64,000 bases of DNA, from NCBI RefSeq assembly GCF_009914755.1, contig NC_060934.1; one strand, written 5' to 3'. The position numbers and the translations under genes were made by a program. Below are positions 49,108-64,000 of this stretch, piece by piece. The notes under the pieces were generated by a model that saw nothing but the letters and a program-made list of their open reading frames with translations, was not told where the DNA came from and made no database searches. This DNA comes from the human T2T-CHM13v2.0 reference genome, Homo sapiens. Within the stretch, counting starts at the first letter, position 1. Each line of letters opens with the position of its first letter.

Positions 49108-49677
49108 TGTTATATATAAAGTTTCAGTACCACAAAAGAAATAGCACTCGAATATAATTCAAATATAAAATTTTCTTTTTAATTCTCAGCAAGGCAAGTT
49201 ACTTCTATAGAAGGATGCACCCCTAGAGATGGAGCAATGGTGAGCGCACACCTGCACAAGGGAGGGGAAGGGGTTCTTATCACTGATGCACGTGGCCCCT
49301 GCTGCTGTGTCGTTCCCCTATTGGCTAGGGTTAGACCGCACAGGCTAAACTAATTCTGATTGGCTAAATTAAAGAGAGTGATGGGGTAAGTGGTTTGGCA
49401 GGAAAAATGGTTATGACCGAGCAGGTAATCGGAATGAGTCAGGGTGGACCAGGTAATCAGAATGAGTCAGGGTGGACCAGGTAATCGGAATGAGTCAGGG
49501 TGGACCAGGTAATCGGAATGAGTCAGGGTGGAGCAGGTGATTGAAATGAGTCAGGGTGGAGGAGGTAATTGAAAAAGGTTGCTTTATGAGGAAGTTAAGT
49601 TTAAAAGTAGAAGGCAAAGAATTGAACATACTGACATATTGATTCTTTGAAAAGAAATTTAGAATTCATATCTAACA
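49108..49677 (-). mobile_element. LTR10 (LTR10F-like, HERV-I family) solo LTR
   Basis: The minus strand begins tgttagatatgaattctaaatttcttttcaaagaatcaatatgtcag. TGT...ACA ends; 4-bp TSD gcac at 49104-49107 and 49678-49681. Confidence 0.9.
49419..49572. promoter_or_regulatory. 28-bp tandem repeat with five AP-1 (TGAGTCA) sites; candidate enhancer
   Basis: Unit caggtaatcggaatgagtcagggtggac; TGAGTCA at 49435, 49463, 49491, 49519 and 49547. Activity is inferred, not observed. Confidence 0.8.
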
Positions 49678-50989
49678 GCACCCAGCTAACTTCTGCTTGC
49701 CCAAGTTTTCCCCAACGCCCTGTACTTCATTTAGCCAACCAGTTGTCAGACTTCACTGTAATCATATTTTATTTGAGTACTTTCTCTGCTAAGCTGTAGA
49801 TTTCTCTGGTCTATCACTTTGTCACTTTGTCCCTAGAACCAGGTACAGTGCTAACATTTTGAAAGTACTTAATGAATGAATGAAGGAGGGGGAAGACTTG
49901 CCATATAATTATGTGACAATGAGAAAGTCACACAGAATCTGCAAGGGCATCAACCTGCACATCTACAAGTGTGAAAAAGTCTCTGCCTCCTAAGATTGGT
50001 TGCTGTGAAGAATAAATGGGATGCCAGAGGCAAACTACTTAGTATAATTGCTGATACTTCATAATTCAGAAAATCTAAACTGTTACCATTATTATGAGAT
50101 AATATTCCTACTTAGCCTATAGCTCAGTGCTATACACATAGTAGGTGCTTAATAAATAGTTGCTAAATAATGAAAATCTGAGTTTCCAAAAGAGGTGCCT
50201 CTTTATGTTTCCAAAAAAGAAAACAGTAACCCTCTGCTAGAATAAATTCAGTATTACTTTAAATATGAAGCTACCTAATTACACTAAAAGTAAGATTCAG
50301 TTTGCTAATGCTCATTATGAATACGGCCTTTAAGAAAAACTTTTAGTTTTTTATTAAGTGGGGTATACTTTTACAAAAAATCACCAGATACCTCAGAGAG
50401 CAAAATGACAAGTGAGGTTATAAATATTATTAATGAAATGTATTAGCCATTACTGGTATATGATCAGTCAATCAATAATATGACTTCCCAGGAGATAGAT
50501 CCCTTCAGGCAAGTGAACTAATGTCTGAAAAAAAACAATCTTTATCTTGAATAGAAAATGAAAGAGACTAAATTTAAAGGACAGCCCTTAGTTCTTATTT
50601 CTGCGGATTTCTCTCTGGGGAACTTCATTTCTAATAGGATACTTAACATTTCAATACAAAAGTACAGAATGTACTTTTTGTGATTTATTTAGACCTCATT
50701 CTTATGACAGAATATTTTATGGTTTTAAATCTCTTATTACCCACATGCCCCATTTTAGACCAAATCCCCAATGCATAATGTAGGTCAAAGAGAAGCTGTG
50801 ATTTGTTTATTAATAACCCACTTTTTAGCACCAAGTGAGGCAGTACACCCGAACTTAAAAATTATGGAGTGCCCTTCAATCCTTCCTTTCTTTATGAATA
50901 ATTTAGAACAAAAGCCATTGGGTGGGACAAGCAAGCATGGGAGTCCAGGTGCAGCTCAGTAGGCAGTTTGGAGTCTGAGAGGGGTAAGG

Positions 50990-52535
50990 AAGGTATCTGC
51001 TGGCAGGGAGTGTTGGGTCCCCAAGTGGGATGAGAAGCACATCCATGTAGGGTGATGGGGATGATCCTGTATGGGGACGAACTTCCTGTAGATGAGAAAG
51101 GTATCTGCATAGGGATCAGGGTGGAGAGAAGAGACTGGTTACCTAAAGGAGGCCTGATACAGTCAGGAGATATACTGAGGACAACGGGCGGCAGGTTTCT
51201 TACTGTTACAGAAAAGAATTATAGTGATGTTGGGTTGGAATTGGAGGTATCAATGTGAACTCACCATTTTATATATATTTAATATCTGTTTATATTAATA
51301 TATATAAACATATAAAAATAAATATAATGTGAATGCATGTGAGTGTGTGTGTACATATTACCTAGCTAATTCCACTAACAGGGTATTAAGAGAGCACATC
51401 TAGCACCTAGCTTTTGGTTTTTAAATGTAATTCTCAACTAAAAGGAATCAAGGATTCTTGGAGAAAGGCTGATTTTAGGGCTCCATGAGATGACCCTGGA
51501 ACTTACTGTGCCCTCCAAATAAGGAAATACTCAAATAATGATGGAGACATGTCAGAAGCACACAGAAACCAACTTGAAGCAATTCTTACTCTCTAGATCT
51601 GGGACAGTTTGAGCACCAAAATACTAATATTGCTGGTAATGATAGTAATTCACTGAATGCAATAAAAACTCCATTAATCCATACTGTCATAAATACATAC
51701 ATAATTAAATGAATGGGGAGAAGCAAAAGCTTTTCCTTACAGAAGAATGCTGATGAGTAAAGATAGAAGAAATCGTGTAATTTTAAAATTCATCATTTGG
51801 TAACCATCTATGTAATAATTAATTCATCCAAAAATTTCAATGGCTGCTAAAACTAGTGAGTTAAGTTTTGATTAGAAATAGGGTAGCTTAATTGTTTCGA
51901 AATATCTCTCCACAAAATACTAATTAATTACAAAAGAAAGAGGGAAAGATTACAGGGGAGAAGACTGGCAGACACAACCATTAATCAAGTGCTCAAAGCA
52001 AACATAACTAGTAATGAGATGAATGCAAACCACACAGCACCTGAGAGGATGCAATGAGAAGACCTCAGCATCACTTCTGTGATGTTCCTGCCAAAAATAA
52101 AATCGTGAGGGAATATACAACAAACCCAAATTCAGGAACAGTCTATAGAACAACTGGCCTGAAATCTTAAAAAAAAATGTTAAGTTCATGAAATTCAAGA
52201 AAAGATTGAGGAACTCCTCCAGATTGAAGGAGATTAGAAACTTGACAACTAAAAGCACCACATAATCCCGGATTAGATCATTTTGTTTTAAAGGACATAT
52301 TTAGGACAGTTGATGAAATTTGAATGGGCTCTGTAGAGTAGATGATAGAAGTGTATCAGCATTAAAATTCCTGATTTTGAAGGTTGTGTAAGGGGAATAT
52401 CCTTGTTTGTGGCAATTACAAACAAATACATAGGAGTGAAGGGGCATTATGTAGCCCACCTTACTCTCAGATGGTTCAGGAAAAAAAGTACTTTGTAGTT
52501 TTCTTGCCAACTTTTCTCTAAGGTTGAAATTATGT
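50990..52535 (+). mobile_element. L1MC3/4-type 3' end
   Basis: aaaggaatcaaggattcttggagaaa, ggagaagactggcagacacaacc and tactctcagatggttcaggaaaa are L1MC 3'UTR-like motifs. Confidence 0.7.
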
Positions 52536-52983
52536 GTATATGTGTATATATATGTATATATGTAATACATATTAGTTGAATGTTATGAATCTTGAAAATT
52601 TGAGAGCTAGTGCTTTATAGAGTGAAATAATACACTGAAAAAGAAACTAGGGGGAAACCATTTTAAAAGCTGGCAGAGTTTTCAAATGCTCATAACTATA
52701 TAAAACATTAATATATTACTCATCCAGAATACATTTTTGTACTTTGAGGAGGCGACTTTTACCTTATTTGAAAGGCAAGGTCTTTATAATTATTATGTAA
52801 AGTTGAACCATGAATAAGTGGACTCTTTATTTTAGAGCTTTATGATTCAAGCAGAACCTGTGGGCTCAGGAGTTCCAAAACTGACTATTTTTCAAAGTCG
52901 AATTAAGCTATTTAACATTATAGAAACTGCTGTAGGTTTCAGTCAACGATCTTTTAGTTGTAAGGACTAGATGCCCCAACTAG

Positions 52984-56262
<3,279 letters not shown>

Positions 56263-57298
56263 AAGGCCAAATACAAAAAGCAGTCTCACAAATGAGAGAG
56301 CAGGCCCAAGGGGACTGGAACTGGGACAGGTAAGTGAAAGGCAAGAGCTGAGACTGCTTGCTGCCTCCTACTCTCTCATTGGAGAAACAGTCTCTTCTCC
56401 CTACTCCTCAGGTGCGGGTGTGCAGAGCAACCTCTGGAGTTTTTATGTTGCTATCAAGTTCACTCAAAAACAGAAGCCTTAACCTCCCTTGTCTGACCTC
56501 AACACAGCTGTAGAAATTTTATTAAGAGCTACCAAGTGTGCTTCTCTATGATGTGATAACTTCAGGTAAACCAAGAGGACTTTACTTATATTTTTAAGAA
56601 TGACTTCTTTGCTTCTCAGTCCTTCTCATTGTAAAACAAGTATTTTGGACTAGAACTAAAATATCTTAGTCTGCAGCTCTAAAATTTTAATCTCTGAAGA
56701 ACTTTAAGTTAATAGAAATTGTGGTGGGCAGGAGAGAGGACAATGGAGCAGGTAAATGGGGCAAAAAGGAAATGGAAAAATAAGACAAGGTATCAGTGAT
56801 GATAGTGTACCATGAATGAGAAGTATGCTGTATACTCTCTACAGCTAAGGTCCAGTACTGGACATATGTACACATGTACATAGTCATCCAGGATTGAATG
56901 ATGCAGACAGAGCTAGGTGCATAGTTCATATGTCCAAAGCCAAGAAGAATGCAGCAAACAGTGTGATGTTGAGATCTTTAAAGAAAGCCATATAATTATC
57001 TTTATTATCAGATATGAACTAAGTTTTAAAGAAAGGAAAAGATCTAGATCCAGGAAGACTGGAGAGGATGGACTTCCAAGAGAAATCACATGAATATTGA
57101 TTGGAAAGGTGGTTGGAGTGAGCCAGTTACCTTGAGTTGCTGTAGAGACTCATTGAATCTTAAAGCTAGAAAGAAGCTTAAATATCATTTGGTATAAAGT
57201 ACAGGAACCTCAAAAGATTTTTTAACCTTGTTATATGCAAAATGTCTGAATATGAATTTCTTGATGTGAAAGTATATAGCATCCATGAGATAGACTAA

Positions 57299-57617
<319 letters not shown>

Positions 57618-57871
57618 AAGATTCACTAAGTAGTTTTTAATCCAAAAGTAATAAAGATCACTTATTTATTCCAATCCCCTAAATTAAACAATGAGAAAAC
57701 AAGAGCCTACAGAAGCAAAATGACTTGCTGAAGGGCACACTTTAATATTCCATTTGCTAGAGATTTACAATGGTTTTGAAATATACTAACTGAAGAGTTT
57801 TGCATATATTTGTTAAATACTATTTAATTAAATAAGATTGTCAAATATAGCATTCTGTTTACTTTGTGGAT

Positions 57872-57970
57872 TGTTTTTGTTTTTGAGACAGCATCTCACT
57901 CTGTCACCCAAGTTGGAGAGCAGTGGTGCAATCTTTCGGCTCACTGCGACCTCTGCCTCCCTGGCTCACA
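57872..57970 (-). mobile_element. Alu fragment
   Basis: tttttgagacagcatctcactctgtcaccc...ctctgcctccctggctca. Confidence 0.85.
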
Positions 57971-58002
57971 GGTCTATTTACATATTAAAGATGATTATTC
58001 CT

Positions 58003-58310
<308 letters not shown>

Positions 58311-58357
58311 AAATTATGATTTATATACTTAGTTTACATTATTTAAAAATCATTTCA

Positions 58358-61146
58358 ACAAACTAGAAAACATAGAGGAAATGGACACATTCCTGTAAGC
58401 ATACAACCCTCCTAGATTGAATCAGGAAGTAATGGAAACCTTAAACCAATAACAAACAGCAAGATTGAACTAGTAATTTAAAAACTGTCAACAAAAAAAG
58501 TCCAGGACCAGACCTATTCACTGAATTCTATCAGACATTCAAAGAAGAATGGATGCCAATCCCACTGAAACTATTCCAAAAGACTGAGAAAGAAGGATTC
58601 CTCCCTAAATCATTCTATGAAGCTAGTATCACCCTGATACCAAAAGCTGGAAAGGACACAACTACAGACCAATTTCCCTGATGAACATTGATGCAAAAAT
58701 CCTCAACCAAATACTAGCTAACTGAATCCAACAGCACGTCAAGAAGATAATTCATCATAAGCAAGTGGTTTTCATCCCAGGGATGCAGGGATAGTTTAAC
58801 ATATACAAGTCAATAACTGTAATGAATCACATAAATAGAATTAAAACCCAAAACCATATGATCATCTCAATAGATGCAGAAAAAGCATTTAACAGAATCC
58901 ATCATCCCTTTATGATAAAAACTCTCAACAAACTAGGCATGGAAGGCACCTATCTCAAAATAATAAAAACCGTCTATGACAAACACACAGCCACCATCAT
59001 ACTGAATGGGGAAAAGTTGAAAGCTTTCCCCCTGAACAGGAACAAGACAAGTAGGCCCACTTTCACCACCCCTATTCAACATAGTTCTGGAAGTACAGAG
59101 CAATTAAGCAAGAGAAGAAATAAAGGACATCCAAATTGGAAAAGAGGAAGTCAAACCTGGCTGTTTGCAAATGATATGATTGTATACCTAGAAAATCCTA
59201 AAGACTCCTCCAAAAAACTCTTAGATTTGATAAACTAATTCAGTCAAGTCTTAGGTTACAAAATCAATATACACAAATCAGTAGCCCTGCTATACCCCAA
59301 AACGACCAAGCTGAGAATCAAATCGAGGACTCAATCCTTTTACAATAGCTGCAAACAAAATAAAAATACTCAGGAATATACTTAACTGAACAGGTGAAAG
59401 ATCTCTACAAGGAGAACTACAAAACACTGCCAAAAGAAATCATAGGTGACACAAACAAATGGAAATGTATCCCATCCTCATGGATTGGAAGAATCAATAT
59501 TGTGAGAATGACCATACTGCCTGAAGCAATCTACACATTCAATGCCATTCCCATCAAAATACCAATATTATTTTTCACAGAATTAGAAAAAAATGATTCT
59601 AAAATTAATATGGAACCCAAAAGAGCCCAAATAGCCAAAGCAATCCTAAGCAAAAAACAAAACAATACAAAAAAACTGAACAAAAACAAAAAACAAATCA
59701 GGAGGCATCACATTACTGGACTTCAAATTATACTACAAGGCTGTAATTACCAAAACAGCATGGTACAGGTATAAAAGTAGGCACATAGACCAATGGAACA
59801 GAATAGAGAACCCAGAAATAAAGCCAAATACGTACAGCCAACTGATCTTTGACAAAGCATACAAAAACATAAATTAGGAAATAGATACCCTATTTAATAA
59901 ATGATGCTGGCAAAACTGGCAAGCCACATGTAGAAGAATGAAACTGGAACTCTATCTCTCACCTTATACAAAAAGCAACTCACGATGGATCAAAGACTTA
60001 AATATAACACCTGAACCTATTAAAAATTCTAGGAGACAACATTGGAGAAACTTTTCTAGACATCAGCCTAGGCAAAGAATTCATGACTAAGACCCCAAAA
60101 GCAAATGCAACAAAAACAAAGATAAATAAATGGGACCTAATTAACTAAAAATCTTCTGCACAGCAGAATAAATAACGGAATAAACAGACAAACCAAAGAA
60201 TGGGAGACAATATTTGGAATCTATGCATCCAACAAAGGATTAATATCCTGAATCTACAAGGAACTCAAATTACCAATAAAAAAAAAGTCCATTAAAAAGT
60301 GGGCAAAGGACATGAATAGACATTTCTCAAAAGAAAATATATGAAGACCAACAAACATGAAAAACTGTTCAACATCATTAATCATCAGGGAAATGCAAAT
60401 TAAAACCACAATGAGATATACTACCATAATCCTGCAAGAATGGCCATTACTAAAAAGTGTGAATACAATAGATGTTGGCAGGGATATGGGGAAAAGGGAA
60501 TACTTACACGCTGCTGGTGAAAATGTAAATTAGTACAACCTCTATGGAAAATAGTATGGAGACTCCTTAAAGAGCTATTAATAAAAGTAGATCTACCATT
60601 TGATCCAGCAATTCCACTGCTGGATATCTACCCAAAGGAAAAGAAGTCATTATATGAAAAAGACACTTGTACTTGTTTGTTTATAGCAGCACTATTCACA
60701 ATTTCAAAGATGTGGGACCAACCTAAGTGCCCATCAACTAATGAATGTATAAAGAAAATGTTGCATGTATACACCATGGAATACTACTCAGCCATTAAAA
60801 GGGATAAAATAATGTCTTTTGTAACAACTTGGATGGAGCTGGAGGCCATTATGCTAAGTGAAATATCACAGGAGTAGAGAACCAAAAACCATATATTATC
60901 ACTTATAAGTGGGAGCTAAGCTGTGAGTATGTATTACATACATGTGTGATGTAATGGACTTTAGAGACTCAGAAGAGAGTGAGCGGGAGTGGGGCTAGGG
61001 ATAAAAAAACTACCTCTTAGGTACAGCATACGCCACTAGGGTAATGGGTGCACTAAAGTCTCAGAATCTACCACTGTATAATTCATTCATGTAACAAATA
61101 AACACATGTACATCAAAAGTTATTGAAATAAAAAAATAAATAAAAA
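58358..61146 (+). mobile_element. 5'-truncated L1PB (PB3/4-like)
   Basis: Disrupted ORF2 (ORFs 58822-59238, 59394-59774, 60677-60877); L1PB-type 3'UTR and A-rich tail. Confidence 0.88.
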
Positions 61147-61289
61147 CTATTTTAAGCGAAGAGTTGTCTAACCAATGTGGAAGTCTTAGGCCTTTTAAAA
61201 ATGTCAACTGTAGAACTAGGTTTTAAACTTCATATAACTTTCAGAAATGGGAGAGCAAAACTTTTGCTTGTTACTGCATGCCAATATAA

Positions 61290-61530
61290 AAGTCTTATTT
61301 AACTTTAAAAAAATCCACCAATTTAAATATTAATCTGATTTCAAAATATTAATCTGATTTCAAAAATACCTTCACAGAAATATCCAGAATATAGTCTTAC
61401 CAAATACTGTTTGACTTATGCAATAGGAAATGGGGTGGCTGTACAGTCATGGAACAGTCTAGGAAGCATTGTTGGATGACCTAAAATAGCCATGGCCCTC
61501 CCAAGTTGACACATAAAATTAACTATCACA
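61290..61530. mobile_element. MLT2-like LTR fragment with a non-LTR insert
   Basis: taatctgatttcaaaaataccttcacagaaatatccagaat...caagttgacacataaaattaactatcaca matches an MLT2 terminus. Confidence 0.72.
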
Positions 61531-63631
61531 GTGTCTTAACCTCATCAACAAAATAATAATGTTAGATGGTATAATACAATTTATGACCCCTTTATGTTGA
61601 CAAAATTCTATATTTTTATAGTTTCAGTTCTCATTCCTACAGTATTTTGTTATTAACAATGACAAAAACTATGCTTTTCTCTCTGCTCTATTGAGATGTC
61701 AAGGGTTATAGCAAATTGAGTTCCCAGAAGTTGTCTGGTCTATTTGAGCCACAATAGAAAACACATATTTGATGTTTCTGCTGTCTTTCTAAGATCCTAA
61801 GAGTTTTCTTGACTACAAGAATAAAGCCTGCATGTTTCTATCCCTAGAAATAGCACTTATGCGATAGGGAATGGAGTTGCTGTACAGCCATGGAATAGCC
61901 CAGGAAGCCTTGTTGGACAGAACTAAAATAGCCTGAAAATTCCCTAGCAAAGCAAACGACTGAAGAAGCATTAACATAAACCTAAACCTCTATAATGTTC
62001 CTGTGGCTTTGACTTTTAATAGATTATTGCTCTTTCTATTAGCCTGTTTTCTGTTCAGCCTTGGTCCTTTTTGACCTCTTTTTCCTTTCTGTATCTTCTC
62101 ATTATACCAACATTCTGCCTGGAATTTTCCACCCATCAGCAGCTTCTCTCTTGAGATGATTATGTAACTGTTTATCTTGGTGACTTATTCCTTTAGTTAC
62201 TCTCTAGACAAGATGATTTTCCTAATCTTCTTTACTTCCTAGGGCTCCTGAACCCATATTTTGGATCCCTGTTGCCTTTAAAAGTGATTTATGTCAATCA
62301 TTTTAATAGAATTTTGCATTTTTCTATCTTAGCTATTTTTCTTGTGGGAATTTACACTAAGTAAAAATATCATTTGTCCTCAGAAGAGTGACTTTTCTTT
62401 CCAGCTTAAGTTTACTAACCTGAAAATGAGCAAGTTAGAATTCATGACCATTAAGTTATCTTCTAGCTGTGAAGCTAGTTTTGTGTTAGTTTAATGATCT
62501 TGATGTTTAACAGGCATTGCATAGCACTCAAAAAACATGAAATTTAGTAAATTCCTTCCTCTGTCACTTGTTCATAGTTGGGCATGTGTCCTGTTTTTAA
62601 TGTTACACTCCTCACTCTTCTGTCTAAGTATATTTCCAATACTGAAACACCCATTTGGTTGCATATGGCCGTTGAATTTCATGGTAAAAGTCAAATGCCA
62701 TCTTGGAGAAATAAAATATATTTCCATTTTAAATCTCCTTTAGTACCTTTCCTCTACTTGGCTTTTAAGATAAGCAACCAAAGCCTAAAATTAATGTGAC
62801 TTTGGGGAGGCACTTTTCAAAGCAGGGAAATCAGGTAGTAAAAGCCCATGATTTGGGTTTAACCCATCAAGTCCAGAGCAAGGTGAAGGGTAGGAGCTCT
62901 GTACAGTCAGATAACCAGGACCCCTTGTGTGAGGAGCAGGAGTGTGAAAATGGAGAAAAGAAACTGTACTCCTAATTCTCTTGAAGGTCAGTTATGAGTG
63001 TATCTAACAAGGTGCAATTAATGGAATGACATGACTGAAATATTTGATTATACCTCTTTACTGTAGCTCTTCAGTCTGTAATCTCTCTAAAGGAAGAGAA
63101 CTCGTTCTGTTAATGATGTTGGTTTAAATAGATATAGTTAATTTGAAACTTCCAGTCAGATAAGGTGTGATTTGCCCAGGGTTGGTAGATGGAAAATAAT
63201 TTTATGAAGATTCACAAGTCACCTACTATGTGCATAACACCATATAGGACATTCTCAAACTCACTGGAATTTGTTAGTGGGCAGGGACAGGAAGAGGGCA
63301 GGGAGGAAGCACGCCATTCAAATAACAATTACATGACAAAATATGTAAAATCGTTTACAATGTAGAAGATAGAAAGAAATAGGGATCAGTATAATTGGAG
63401 CAGATTAAAAGCCAGCATGGGGGAATTAAGACTTGAAATGGGGCTTTAGGAAGGAGCAGGATTTGGAGTTGAGAAAGAGAAAGTAGGAGCACCATTCTGG
63501 TTTTTGGCTCTGCAGAAATCCTGATTTAGGATCCTTTAATGTGACACTAGGTCCACTGGCAGGTTTGAGGAAATGGAATTTTAATATTAGTTTGCAAAAA
63601 AGATTATAGCAATTGAAAGCTCTTTATATGA

Positions 63632-63754
<123 letters not shown>

Positions 63755-64000
63755 TAGAGTTTTGAGGCAGACAAACGTAATAGCTGATCCTGTTTGACTT
63801 TCCTTTTTATGTGTACTCTATCTCTGTAAGCATTTTGGAATATAACAGAAGAAACTCTCAGTTGTGTTATTTTCATGTGAGAATTTTGCATGTGTGAGGA
63901 GGCACCTGGGAGGTGGTCAATAAATGGGCTGTGAATGAACACGAGTCAATGAAAGAGGGAATGAGTAAACCAGATGATGTAAAGAGAAACTACTTCCAGG

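Noticed and set aside
49419-49572. 28-bp repeats as a CRISPR-like array
   Set aside because: The units are head-to-tail with no unique spacers, lie inside an LTR in primate DNA, and have no cas genes nearby.

Overview
This window is primate (most likely human) genomic DNA, not prokaryotic. It holds four consecutive + strand coding exons of the MYO3A (myosin IIIA) N-terminal STE20-like kinase domain: 1729-1863, 43346-43450, 44015-44114 and 63672-63748. All have AG/GT boundaries and splice in frame to [14 protein letters not shown]...[11 protein letters not shown]...DFG...GTPFWMAPE. The ORF track misses these exons. The rest is intron, dominated by transposable elements: L1s of several ages, Alus, MaLR/ERV solo LTRs, Tigger/MER DNA transposons and L2/MIR. 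I found no CRISPR array, RNA gene or novel protein-coding system. The most notable structures are: (1) an LTR10 solo LTR with a 28-bp tandem repeat carrying five AP-1 sites; (2) an antisense L1PA that keeps its antisense-promoter region about 270 bp upstream of a kinase exon; (3) inverted L1PA copies bracketing two exons; (4) a short L1 3' transduction; (5) a twin-primed L1; and (6) an approximately 80-bp local copy inserted into an MLT2 LTR. Repeat subfamily names and MYO3A exon and residue numbers are from memory and need confirmation by RepeatMasker/Dfam and BLAT.
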